DNA from: Kiritimatiellia bacterium
GTDB taxonomy: Bacteria > Verrucomicrobiota > Kiritimatiellia > RFP12 > UBA1067
Length of the DNA: 50,409 nt
Assembly: GCA_017418445.1 (NCBI GenBank)
Contig: JAFONM010000003.1
Location: forward strand, 1 to 50,409
Direction: 5' to 3'
In this document: piece after piece, positions 34,663 to 44,169 of the stretch
Position numbering within the stretch: position 1 is the stretch's first letter
Layout: every line of letters starts with the position of its first letter
Program-made: the position numbers and the translations under genes
The notes under the pieces: model-generated
Told to the model about the DNA's origin: nothing
Database searches by the model: none
Seen by the model: the letters and a program-made list of their open reading frames with translations, nothing else

Positions 34663-35850
34663 ATGGAGGCGGTCAGAAAGGCGAGGCCCAACAGGATTGA
34701 GCGGCTCGAGAGCTATCTCGTCAGGCTCATCCAGGAGAAGGGTGCAGACCAGAAACAGCCTTTCGGCATCCGCATCCTCCTCGGCATCCTCTCCGTCTTC
34801 GGCTGTCTGTTCTCCGCGGCCGTGGCGGTCCGGTACTTCTTCTACAGGACGGGGCTTCTCCGCCGCTATCCGCTGGGAATCCAGGTAATCTCCATCGGCA
34901 ACGTAACCGCCGGCGGAACCGGCAAGACTCCCGTCACCGAGATTTTCGCGCGGACGCTGGCCGGAGAGGGACGCAAGGTCGCCATCCTCTCGCGCGGATA
35001 CCGCCGCAAGGAGGCTCCGTGGTGGCAGCGCATGTTCATGCAGGTGATCGAGAAGCCGCTCGTCGTGTCGGACGGCCGGCACGTTCTGCTCGACTCTGAG
35101 GTCGGCGGCGACGAGCCGTACATGCTCGCGTCCAATCTTCCCGGCGTCGCCGTCGTCGTGGACCGCGACAGGGTGAAGGCCGGGCGGTACGCAATAAAGA
35201 GGCTCGGATGCGACACGCTCATCCTCGACGACGGATTCCAGTACCAGAAGCTGAAGCACTCGATAGAGGTCGTCCTCGTCGACTCGACGAATCCGTTCGG
35301 GAACGGCCGGATGCTCCCGCGCGGAATCCTCCGCGAGCCGGTCGGCCACCTGAAGCGGGCGGACATAATCTTCCTCACCAAGTGCCGCGGCGACACCTCG
35401 GAGGTGATAGAGGAGATACGCAGGTACAACAGGACGGCGGAGATCGTCGAGTGCAACCATTCTCCGAAGGTCCTGAAGGACGTGTGGAGCCGCGAGGAGT
35501 TTCCGCTCGAGTGGCTCCGCGGCAAGACCCTGTGCACGCTTTCCGGCATCGCCTCGCCGAAGGGCTTCGAGAACTCTCTCAGGCACCTCGGCTCGAAGGT
35601 CGTCTGGTGCGAGCGCTACGCGGACCACCATCGCTACCATCCGTCGGAGATACTCTACGCCCTGAACCGCACGGCGGACATGGGCGCGGACGCGCTCGTC
35701 ACGACCGAGAAGGACGCCGTGCGCTTCCCGCGATTCGAGAACGCGCCCGTGAAGTGCCTCTACCTGCGCATAGCGATCGAGATCCTCCGCGGCCGCGAGA
35801 ACTTCACCCAGATCATCAACCGCATCTGCTTCCGCAGCTCCGGCCGCTGA
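34663..35850 (+). CDS. lpxK: tetraacyldisaccharide 4'-kinase
   Basis: P-loop GNVTAGGTGKTP, ILSRGY, LDDGFQ, REP motif context. Confidence 0.85.
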   Translation: MEAVRKARPNRIERLESYLVRLIQEKGADQKQPFGIRILLGILSVFGCLFSAAVAVRYFFYRTGLLRRYPLGIQVISIGNVTAGGTGKTPVTEIFARTLAGEGRKVAILSRGYRRKEAPWWQRMFMQVIEKPLVVSDGRHVLLDSEVGGDEPYMLASNLPGVAVVVDRDRVKAGRYAIKRLGCDTLILDDGFQYQKLKHSIEVVLVDSTNPFGNGRMLPRGILREPVGHLKRADIIFLTKCRGDTSEVIEEIRRYNRTAEIVECNHSPKVLKDVWSREEFPLEWLRGKTLCTLSGIASPKGFENSLRHLGSKVVWCERYADHHRYHPSEILYALNRTADMGADALVTTEKDAVRFPRFENAPVKCLYLRIAIEILRGRENFTQIINRICFRSSGR

Positions 35851-35873
35851 CCGCCTCTCCCCAACCTTCTTCA

Positions 35874-35903
35874 TTGACGGCCGGGGCACGAAAATAGTAA
35901 AAT
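35874..35903 (+). promoter_or_regulatory. candidate sigma70-type promoter (TTGACG, 18 nt spacer, TAAAAT) for hom-aspartokinase
   Basis: Hexamers at 35874..35879 and 35898..35903, ~35 nt upstream of ATG 35939, which has an AGGAGAAG RBS. Confidence 0.4.
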
Positions 35904-35938
35904 ACTACAATTCTGTCATAGCAGATAGGAGAAGATAG

Positions 35939-37234
35939 ATGAAGGAAGTTGGAGTAGGCATACTCGGCTTCGGGACCGTCGGCGCGGGTGTCGCGGACGG
36001 GCTCCTGAGGCATCGAGACGTCATGGCGAAGCGCCTGGGCGTGGACATCGAGCTGAAGAAGATAGCGGATCTCGACATTACGACGGACCGCGGCATAGCG
36101 GTTCCCGCGGGCATTCTCACGACGGACGCCGCGTCGGTCGTGGCGGACAGGGGAATCCAGATCGTCGTCGAGACGATCGGCGGCACTGGCATCGCGAAGA
36201 AGTTCGTGCTCGACGCCCTCAACGCCGGGAAGTGCGTCGTCACCGCGAACAAGAAGCTTCTCGCCGAATACGGCAGGGAGATCTTCGATGCCGCGAAGGC
36301 CAACGGAGTCGACATCTACTTCGGGGCGGCGGTCGGCGGCGGAATCCCGATCATCCGCGTCCTCCGCGAGGGCCTCGCGGGCAACGCCATCGAGTCGATA
36401 CACGGCATTCTCAACGGAACCTGCAACTACATCCTCACCAGGATGGAGAACGAGGGACTTCCCTTCGACGTCGTCCTCAAGGACGCCCAGAAGCTCGGCT
36501 ACGCCGAGGCGAACCCCTCCCTCGACATCGACGGATTCGACACCGCGCACAAGGCGTGCATCCTCGCGGCGCTCGCCTTCGGCTTCCAGCCTGACGTCAA
36601 GAGCGTGCAGGTCGAGGGAATCCGCAACCTCGCGGGCGAGGACGTCAAGTACGCCGCGGACTTCGGCTACCGCATCAAGCTCCTCGCGACCGTCACCCGC
36701 CAGGGCGACGAGGTTGAGGTCGGCGTCCACCCGACGCTCGTTCCGTTCACGCACATGCTCGCGAGCGTCAACGACGCCTTCAACGCCGTGATGGTGAAGG
36801 GCGACATGAGCGACTACACGATGTACTACGGCCGCGGCGCGGGCCGCGCGCCGACCGCCTCGACGGTCGTCGGCGACATCGGCGACATCGCGCGCAACCT
36901 CGCGCACGGCGAGACGCGCTGGGAGCGCGGGGTGCCGGACTACGCCGAGGGCAGGGTCGGCCTCCGTCCCGCGGGCGAGATAAGTTCCAAGTTCTACATC
37001 CGCTTCCTCGTCGAGGACAAGCCGGGCGCGTTCGGCAAGATCGCGACCGTCCTCGGCGAGCACGGCGTCTCGCTCGACGCGGCCTCCCAGAAGGCCGGCT
37101 CTGTCGGCAAGGAGCCCGTCCCCGTCGTCGTCCTCACGCACGGCGCGAGGACGCGCGACCTCGAGTCCGCGCTCGCGGAAATAAAGGCGTCCGGCGTGAT
37201 CGGCGCCGATCCCGTTGCACTGAGGGTCTTGTAA
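35939..37234 (+). CDS. hom: homoserine dehydrogenase
   Basis: GILGFGTVGAG Rossmann motif, the central NGTCNYIL block, and a C-terminal ACT-like domain (YIRFLVEDKPGAFGKIATVLGEHGVSL). Confidence 0.9.
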   Translation: MKEVGVGILGFGTVGAGVADGLLRHRDVMAKRLGVDIELKKIADLDITTDRGIAVPAGILTTDAASVVADRGIQIVVETIGGTGIAKKFVLDALNAGKCVVTANKKLLAEYGREIFDAAKANGVDIYFGAAVGGGIPIIRVLREGLAGNAIESIHGILNGTCNYILTRMENEGLPFDVVLKDAQKLGYAEANPSLDIDGFDTAHKACILAALAFGFQPDVKSVQVEGIRNLAGEDVKYAADFGYRIKLLATVTRQGDEVEVGVHPTLVPFTHMLASVNDAFNAVMVKGDMSDYTMYYGRGAGRAPTASTVVGDIGDIARNLAHGETRWERGVPDYAEGRVGLRPAGEISSKFYIRFLVEDKPGAFGKIATVLGEHGVSLDAASQKAGSVGKEPVPVVVLTHGARTRDLESALAEIKASGVIGADPVALRVL

Positions 37235-37238
37235 CAAA

Positions 37239-38597
37239 ATGAAAGTCTGCAAATTCGGCGGAAGCTCGCTCGCCAACGCGGCCCAGCTCAACAAGGTCAT
37301 AGACATAGTCCTCGCGGACCCCTCGCGGCGCATCGTCGTCGTCTCGGCCCCGGGAAAGCGCCACTCCGGCGACACGAAGGTGACGGACCTCCTCATCGCG
37401 CTCGCGGACACGGCACTCAAGGGCGAGAACACCGACCGCCAGTTCGGCGCCGTCGTGGAGCGCTACGCGTCCATCGCGGACGAGCTGAAGCTCGGGGACG
37501 ACATCGTCCGCCAGATCGAGGCGGACCTCAAGGACCGCCTCGCGAAGGTCTCCTCCCTCGCGAAGGAGGAGTTCATGGACCTCATGAAGGCGGCGGGCGA
37601 GGACAACAACGCGAAGCTCGTCGCCGTCGCCTTCGCCGGCCGCGGCAAGAAGGCGCGCTACGCGAGTCCGAAGGACACCGGGATGGTCCTTGCGGGACAG
37701 TTCGGCGACGCGGTGCTCGATCCGTGCAGCTACGCGACCCTCTCGAGGGCGTTCTCGAACTTCGACGGAATCGTCATCTACCCCGGTTTCTTCGGCTACA
37801 CGAAGGAGGGGAAGGTCGCGACGTTCCCGCGCGGCGGGAGCGACATCACCGGCTCCATCCTCGCGGCGGCCGTGTGCGCGGACGTCTACGAGAACTTCAC
37901 GGACGTCGACTCGGTCTTTCCCGTTGACCCGCGTATCGTCCCCGAAGTCACCGAGGGCATCCCCACGATGACCTACCGCGAGATGCGCGAGCTCGCCTAC
38001 GCGGGCTTCGGAGTCTTCGCGGACGACGCCGTCGTCCCCGCCGTCAAGGCGAGGATCCCGATCAACATCCGCAACACGAACCATCCGGGCGAGCCCGGGA
38101 CGATGATCCAGCAGTCCCGCCGCGTGGTGCCCGGCACGGTCGTCGGAATCGCGAGCGCGGACGACTTCTGCAACATCATCGTCGAGAAGTATCTGATGAA
38201 CCGCGAGGTCGGCTTCGGCCGCCGCCTCCTGCAGATCCTCGAGGAGGAGGGCATCCCCTACGAGCACACGCCTTCCGGCGTCGACTCGCAGTGCGTCGTC
38301 GTGAAGGGCAAGTTCCTTCCCAAGGAGAAGGAGCGCAAGGTCGTCCAGGCGATCAAGAACGGACTCCAGCCCGACTTCGTCGCCGTCGAGCGCGACATCA
38401 CCATCCTCATGGTGGTGGGCGAGGGCATGTGCTACACTCCCGGCATGCTCGCCAAGGCCTGCCTCGCGCTCGCCTCGGAGGGAATCTCGATGTCGATGGT
38501 CAACCAGGGCTCGAGCGAAGTGAGCTTTATGCTCGCAATCCGCAGGAAGGACCGCGACATGGCCGTCCGTGCGCTCTACAAGGCATTCTTCGGGTGA
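37239..38597 (+). CDS. lysC: aspartate kinase
   Basis: MKVCKFGGSSL, VVVSAPG, and C-terminal ACT-type repeats. It starts 4 nt after the hom stop. Confidence 0.85.
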   Translation: MKVCKFGGSSLANAAQLNKVIDIVLADPSRRIVVVSAPGKRHSGDTKVTDLLIALADTALKGENTDRQFGAVVERYASIADELKLGDDIVRQIEADLKDRLAKVSSLAKEEFMDLMKAAGEDNNAKLVAVAFAGRGKKARYASPKDTGMVLAGQFGDAVLDPCSYATLSRAFSNFDGIVIYPGFFGYTKEGKVATFPRGGSDITGSILAAAVCADVYENFTDVDSVFPVDPRIVPEVTEGIPTMTYREMRELAYAGFGVFADDAVVPAVKARIPINIRNTNHPGEPGTMIQQSRRVVPGTVVGIASADDFCNIIVEKYLMNREVGFGRRLLQILEEEGIPYEHTPSGVDSQCVVVKGKFLPKEKERKVVQAIKNGLQPDFVAVERDITILMVVGEGMCYTPGMLAKACLALASEGISMSMVNQGSSEVSFMLAIRRKDRDMAVRALYKAFFG

Positions 38598-38695
38598 CGC
38601 GGAGCCGGGAAAAGAGTATAATATCCGGAACGGCCGGGGTATGGCAACGACGGTAGGAAAATAAAACATGGTAGAACAACGAGGGAGGGTATACG

Positions 38696-40231
38696 ATGTC
38701 CGCTAAACTTCTTTTGAGGATCGGCGCGCAGGTAAGCGAGGTGCAGATTCCCGAGACCGGTATGACTCTTGGCCGGAGCGCCGAGGGCAACGACCTGCAG
38801 ATCAACGATCCGAGCATTTCAGGCAACCACTGCCGCTACATTCCGCAGAACGGACAGTGGGTCCTGCAGGACCTCGGCAGCACCAACGGGACGTTCGTGA
38901 ACGGGACCCAGATACCGCCCGCCCCGCAGGCCGTCCTCGTCTCGAACGGCGACAAGATCAAGATGGGCGACATCCTCGCGGACTTCGTCTGCTCCGCGCC
39001 CGCGGCGAAACCCGCGGCCGCCGCGCCCGCACAGCAGCAGCGCCAGGCGGCGCCCGCGCAGGCCGCGAAACCCGCCGCCCCGGCCGCCCCCGCCGCTCCC
39101 GCCGCGAAGCCCGCCGTCAAGGCCGCCCCCGGGAAGAAGGGCGCCGCAGGCGCGAAGGTCTCGGAGAGGAAGTCCACCTGGACCGCCCCCGCCCTCCACA
39201 TCGACAACACTCCTCCGCCGGAGATGTCCGCGGACGACGTCGCGCTCATCAGGCTCCTCAACGAGAAGTACTCCGCCGCCAAGGAGCAGCTCTCGAAGGT
39301 CGTCATCGGCCAGATGCCCGTCATCGAGGAAGTCCTCACCGCCGTGTTCGCCCGCGGCCACGCGCTCCTCATGGGCGTCCCCGGTCTCGCCAAGACACTC
39401 CTCATCGCGACGCTCTCGAAGGTCCTCGACCTCAGGTTCAAGCGCGTCCAGTTCACCCCCGACCTGATGCCTTCGGACATCACCGGCACGGACGTGCTCG
39501 AGGAAGACAAGGCGTCCGGTGCGAGAAAGTTCCGCTTCGTCGAGGGCCCTGTCTTCACGAACATGCTTCTCGCCGACGAGATCAACCGTACCCCGCCGAA
39601 GACCCAGGCGGCCCTCCTCGAGGCCATGCAGGAGCACCACATCACAGTCGGCTCCCACACGTACGACCTCCCCGAGCCGTTCTTCGTCCTCGCGACCCAG
39701 AACCCGATCGAACAGGAAGGCACGTACCCCCTGCCGGAAGCGCAGATGGACCGCTTCCTCTTCAACATCATCGTCCACTATCCGCAGCACGACGACGAGA
39801 TGACGATCATCCGCAACGTCACGTCCGGCACGAAGACGAAGCTCGAGAAGATCCTCGACGGCGAGACTGTCATCAAGCTCCAGGACGTCGTCAAGCGCGT
39901 CCCCGTCGCGCCGCACGTCATCGAGTACGCCTGCAACCTCGCGCGCGCCACCCGTCCGAAGGAACCGGACGCGCCGGACTTCGTCAAGGAGCTCGTCGGC
40001 TGGGGCGCGGGTCCGCGCGCCGGCATCTCCCTCATCACCGCGGCGAAGGCCCGCGCGATCCTCCACGGACGCCACCACACCACGATGGGCGACGTCTCCG
40101 CGGTCGCGATGCCGGTCCTCCGCCACCGCGTCATCACGACCTTCGCGGCCGAGGCCGCCGGCGTCTCCTCGGACGACATCGTGAACATGCTCCTCAAGGC
40201 CCTCAAGCCCGACGTCGGACTCGACATCTGA
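38696..40231 (+). CDS. FHA domain - MoxR-type AAA+ ATPase fusion (511 aa)
   Basis: The N-terminal FHA signature is GRSAEGNDLQINDPSISGNHCRY...LGSTNGTFVNG. An ~70-aa Ala/Pro/Lys-rich linker follows. The MoxR (AAA_3) core has GVPGLAKT (Walker A), LLADEINR (Walker B) and ATQNPIEQEGTYPLPEAQMDRF. Confidence 0.85.
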   Translation: MSAKLLLRIGAQVSEVQIPETGMTLGRSAEGNDLQINDPSISGNHCRYIPQNGQWVLQDLGSTNGTFVNGTQIPPAPQAVLVSNGDKIKMGDILADFVCSAPAAKPAAAAPAQQQRQAAPAQAAKPAAPAAPAAPAAKPAVKAAPGKKGAAGAKVSERKSTWTAPALHIDNTPPPEMSADDVALIRLLNEKYSAAKEQLSKVVIGQMPVIEEVLTAVFARGHALLMGVPGLAKTLLIATLSKVLDLRFKRVQFTPDLMPSDITGTDVLEEDKASGARKFRFVEGPVFTNMLLADEINRTPPKTQAALLEAMQEHHITVGSHTYDLPEPFFVLATQNPIEQEGTYPLPEAQMDRFLFNIIVHYPQHDDEMTIIRNVTSGTKTKLEKILDGETVIKLQDVVKRVPVAPHVIEYACNLARATRPKEPDAPDFVKELVGWGAGPRAGISLITAAKARAILHGRHHTTMGDVSAVAMPVLRHRVITTFAAEAAGVSSDDIVNMLLKALKPDVGLDI

Positions 40232-40245
40232 CCTGACCGATTCCG

Positions 40246-41187
40246 ATGGCCGGAATGGAAAATCAGCCCGCGTACATGAAATGGCTGCCGCCGAAGACGA
40301 CGGCGACCATCGCCCGTTGCGAATTCTTCGGGCGCACCATGAAGTCGGGCTTCATCTCCGGCAAGCACAGAAGTCCCAAGAAGGGCTTCTCCGTCGAGTT
40401 CGCCGAACACCGCCAGTACGTACCGGGGGACGATCTCAGGAACCTCGACTGGAAGGTGCTCGCGAGGAAGGACCGTCTCTACATCCGCCAGTACGAGGAG
40501 GAGACGAACCTCCGCGCCACGATCCTCGTCGACTGCTCCGGCTCCATGGCCTACGCGGGCGACTGCGCCGCGGAGGTCGACGGACGGCGCCTCTCGAAGT
40601 ACGACTACGCGCGCTACCTCGCGGCGGGGCTCACCTACATGCTCGCAGGACAGCAGGACGCGGTCGGACTCGTCCTCTTCGACACGAAGATGAGGAAGTA
40701 CCTCCCCGCGAAGTCCCAGGCCTCGCAGGTCCGGCACATCCTCGAGTTCATGGACACGACCGAGTGCGGCGGGGACACCGCCCCCGCTCCCGTCTTCGAC
40801 GAGATCGCCGAGCGCATCCCGTCCCGCGGACTCGTCGTCATCATTTCGGACCTCTTCGACGCGAACGTGGACGCGCTGCTCAAGTCGCTCCACCACTTCA
40901 ACTATCGCAGGCACGAGATAGTCGTCCTCCACACGATGGCGGAGGAGGAGCTTCACTTCGACTTCGACGGGCACATGCACTTCAGGGACCTGGAGTCCCC
41001 GGCCGAGCTCCTCCTCGACGCGAAGTCCATCCGCGCGGGCTACCTCGACCAGGTCAACAGGTTTCTCAAGAAGATCGGCGACGGCGTGAGGAAGATGAAC
41101 GCCGACTACGTGCCGATAAACACGAAGACGCCGTTCGACACGGTGCTTACCGAATACCTGAGCCGCCGCCGCTCGGGAGGAGCATGA
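40246..41187 (+). CDS. DUF58 family protein (vWA-like, MoxR partner)
   Basis: FAEHRQYVPGDDLRNLDWKVLARKDRLYIRQYEEE is the DUF58 hallmark. It sits 14 nt after the MoxR gene. Confidence 0.85.
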   Translation: MAGMENQPAYMKWLPPKTTATIARCEFFGRTMKSGFISGKHRSPKKGFSVEFAEHRQYVPGDDLRNLDWKVLARKDRLYIRQYEEETNLRATILVDCSGSMAYAGDCAAEVDGRRLSKYDYARYLAAGLTYMLAGQQDAVGLVLFDTKMRKYLPAKSQASQVRHILEFMDTTECGGDTAPAPVFDEIAERIPSRGLVVIISDLFDANVDALLKSLHHFNYRRHEIVVLHTMAEEELHFDFDGHMHFRDLESPAELLLDAKSIRAGYLDQVNRFLKKIGDGVRKMNADYVPINTKTPFDTVLTEYLSRRRSGGA

Positions 41188-41199
41188 GGGAGCCGCGAA

Positions 41200-44169
41200 A
41201 TGCAGTTCGTAAACTTCCTGATGATATCCGGACTCCTCGCGGTGGCGATCCCCGTCATCATCCAGCTCCTTACCCGCAAGAACGCCTCGATAGTCCACTG
41301 GGGCGCGTGGCTCTTCCTCGACCTCACGATGAAGCGCCGCCGCAGGAAGGTGCTTCTCGAGGACATCCTGCTCCTCGCGTGCCGCTGCCTCATACCGGCC
41401 CTCGCGGCCCTCGCGTTCGCGCGTCCGTTCATCCGTCCCGACTCGCCGGTTCCGTGGGCGATCGTGATGCCGGTGCTGATTCTCTCAATCATCCTCTTCG
41501 GAGTCTCCTTCGCGCTCTGGCGCTATCCGCTGTGGCGCTGGCTCGCGATGGCCGCCGGCATCGCGCTCTTCGCCCTCGTGCTTGCGGCGATCATCTTCGA
41601 ACGCCAGCTCAACCTCAGGCGCTTCGGCTCCGGCGCCTCCAAGGACGTCGCGATAATCGTGGACGGCTCGGCCTCCATGTCGATGGTGAACGACGGCAAG
41701 TCCAACTTCGAGCGCGGACTCGACGAGGCTCGCAGGTACATCGAGCAGGCTCCCCGCGGAACCGCGTTCTCGATCGTCCTCGGCGGACCCGTCCCGCAGG
41801 TGATGAACCCCGTCCCGATCGCCGACAGGCGAATCCTCCTCAACACTCTCGACCGCCTAACGCCCGCGAACGGCACGATGCAGATATCCCCGAACCTCAC
41901 GGCCGCCGCCGTGACGCTCGCGCAGGGACACAACGCCGTCAAGCAGATCGTCATCGTCGGCGACGGACAGACCGTCGGCTGGCACCTCGACAACCTCGAG
42001 CGCTGGAGCGCGATCCGCCGCGTCTTCGCGCAGCTCAAGACGAGCCCGATCCTCGTCTGGCGCACCCTCCCGCTCCCGACATCCATCCGCAACCTCGCGA
42101 TCGCGGAGGTCCGCCCCTCGCGCGACGTCGTCGGCACGGACCGCGAGGCGAAGATCGACGTCACCGTCGTCAACGCCGGAACCGAGGCCGTGACGCCCTC
42201 GGAGGTGACGCTCAAGATCGGCGCGGACGTCAGGAACGCCCGCAACCTCCACCAGCTCGACCCCGGCGAGAGCCAGACGTTCAGCTTCCCGTACCGCTTC
42301 AAGCATCCTGGCGGAACCATCATCACCGCACACGTCGCGGCCGAGGACGACCTCCCCGTCGACGACACCTACCGCTACGTCCTTCCCGTCATGAAGTCCC
42401 TCAAGGTCCTCGTCGTCGACGGCGAGTCCTCGGCGGACATCTTCCGCCGCGGGTCGACCTACGTCTCCCTCGCGCTCCGCCCCGAGTTCGAGCACCTCGT
42501 GTCCGGCGGCGGCTCCGCCAGGCGGCAGCCCGCCGGCGAGGGCGAGGTCGAGAAGGGCTACCTCCTCGACACGAAGGTCGAGGACATAACGGTCGCCGGA
42601 CGCCGCACCGGGTTCGGAGGCTTCGCGGCCGTCATCCTCATGAACGTCGAGAGGCTCCCCGAGAACCTGATGGCCAGGCTCGCGACGTATGTCGAGCACG
42701 GCGGCGGACTCTTCGTCATGCCGGGTCCGCGCACCGACCGCGACCTCTTCAACTCCTGGAAGCTCGGCAACGAGAACGTCCTCCCGCTCGCGCTCGGCAA
42801 GACCGTCGTGAACGTGCCTCCGGCGGAGGCGGGAGCCGAGGACGGGGAGGATCCGAAGGCGAAGACGTTCGCGGAACTCGACACCGCCACCTTCACCGGC
42901 GACGCGATACGCAAGTTCCGCACCGGAACCGACCTCGGCGGACTCGCGCCGCCGAGCTTCGTCGAGCTGAAGGAGGGCATCTCCGGCGGGGCGGACGTGA
43001 TAGCGCGCTTCTCCACGGGCCAGCCGTTCCTCGCGATGCGCGCGCTCGGACGCGGCACCGTGTGCCTCTCCGCGATCACCTTCGACCTCGATTCCGGAAT
43101 CGTCGCGAAGAGCGGATTCGTCCCGCTCATGCACGAGCTCGCCTACCGCCTCGCGCGACCCGTCTCCGTGCGCCTCGACATCGCGCCGTCGGACGGCGTC
43201 ACCGTCCTCCTCGCGCCCAGCGCCGCGAGCTCGAACGAGACCGCGGACGAGCAGGGGCTCATGGGCTACTACTACCCGAAACCGAACTACGCCGGCAAGC
43301 CCGTGGTCAGGAAGGATCCCCGCATCGACTTCTGGTGGAGGGGCGCCGCCCCCATGAAGAACTTCCCCGGGGACAACTTCAGCGTGAAGTGGCGCGGATC
43401 CATCCAGGCTCCCAAGACCGGCTACTACACGTTCGACTTCCATCAGGACGACCGGTTCAGGTTCCAGATCGACGGACGTTCCGGCAAGAGGTTCGAGCTC
43501 GAGGAGGGCAGGAGGTATTCGTTCAACGCGTCTTTCGAGGAGGACTGGGGCGCCGCCATCGCGGTGCTCATGTGGACTACGCCTGACGGGAAGAAGGAGA
43601 CCGTTCCCTCGTCCGCGTTCTCGACCTTCGGCAGCGACAGCGGCACCGTCGTCGAGATAAAGGATCCGCACGGCGAGCCGTTCTACGGCGAGATCGTCCA
43701 GAAGGAGGACGGCGTGTTCCTGCACATCTCGCAGAGCGTGATGCCGGGAATGTATACGGTCGCCGAGATTCCCGACTTCCTCAGGGAGGACCTCGGCGGA
43801 GTCATGACTCCCGACGAGACGATCGTCCTCAGCGTCGTCGCCGGCGTGGAGGAGTCGCGCATGGAGGCCGTGACGACCGAGCAGATAGACGAGCTCGGCA
43901 GGTACGTCCAGATCTCCACCGCGACCAAGGAGGAGGACGTCGTCAAGGCGATCGGCGGCGAGTCCTTCGGCAAGGAGATCTGGCGCACACTCGCGATGGC
44001 CGCGTTCATCTTCCTCATCCTCGAGGTCGTCCTCGCCCGCTGGATCGCGATAAGCCGCCGTACGGGGGAGAACATCCAGGTCGATTTCAGGAACGACAAG
44101 CTCCAGGCCTCGGAGGCCTTCAAGCGCTCCGTGGCCGCCCTCAACGCAAAGGAAGGAGCGGGAGGATAG
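41200..44169 (+). CDS. BatA_N double-TM / vWA / GATase1-like / PA14 multidomain membrane protein (989 aa)
   Basis: The N-terminus MQFVNFLMISGLLAVAIPVIIQLLTRK is BatA_N/TIGR02226-like. A vWA MIDAS motif is present (IIVDGSASMS). There is a GATase-like block (AAVILMNVERLPENLMARLATYVEHGGGLFVMPG) and a PA14-like block (GLMGYYY...FSVKWRGSIQAPKTGYYTFDF..DDRFRFQIDG). A C-terminal TM helix closes the protein. Confidence 0.75.
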   Translation: MQFVNFLMISGLLAVAIPVIIQLLTRKNASIVHWGAWLFLDLTMKRRRRKVLLEDILLLACRCLIPALAALAFARPFIRPDSPVPWAIVMPVLILSIILFGVSFALWRYPLWRWLAMAAGIALFALVLAAIIFERQLNLRRFGSGASKDVAIIVDGSASMSMVNDGKSNFERGLDEARRYIEQAPRGTAFSIVLGGPVPQVMNPVPIADRRILLNTLDRLTPANGTMQISPNLTAAAVTLAQGHNAVKQIVIVGDGQTVGWHLDNLERWSAIRRVFAQLKTSPILVWRTLPLPTSIRNLAIAEVRPSRDVVGTDREAKIDVTVVNAGTEAVTPSEVTLKIGADVRNARNLHQLDPGESQTFSFPYRFKHPGGTIITAHVAAEDDLPVDDTYRYVLPVMKSLKVLVVDGESSADIFRRGSTYVSLALRPEFEHLVSGGGSARRQPAGEGEVEKGYLLDTKVEDITVAGRRTGFGGFAAVILMNVERLPENLMARLATYVEHGGGLFVMPGPRTDRDLFNSWKLGNENVLPLALGKTVVNVPPAEAGAEDGEDPKAKTFAELDTATFTGDAIRKFRTGTDLGGLAPPSFVELKEGISGGADVIARFSTGQPFLAMRALGRGTVCLSAITFDLDSGIVAKSGFVPLMHELAYRLARPVSVRLDIAPSDGVTVLLAPSAASSNETADEQGLMGYYYPKPNYAGKPVVRKDPRIDFWWRGAAPMKNFPGDNFSVKWRGSIQAPKTGYYTFDFHQDDRFRFQIDGRSGKRFELEEGRRYSFNASFEEDWGAAIAVLMWTTPDGKKETVPSSAFSTFGSDSGTVVEIKDPHGEPFYGEIVQKEDGVFLHISQSVMPGMYTVAEIPDFLREDLGGVMTPDETIVLSVVAGVEESRMEAVTTEQIDELGRYVQISTATKEEDVVKAIGGESFGKEIWRTLAMAAFIFLILEVVLARWIAISRRTGENIQVDFRNDKLQASEAFKRSVAALNAKEGAGG

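Noticed and set aside
38995-39160. The Ala/Pro/Lys-rich low-complexity stretch as a separate gene, or as evidence of a frameshift between an FHA gene and a MoxR gene
   Set aside because: The reading frame is continuous from ATG 38696 through the MoxR core with no stop or internal RBS/start context. The stretch behaves as an interdomain linker.
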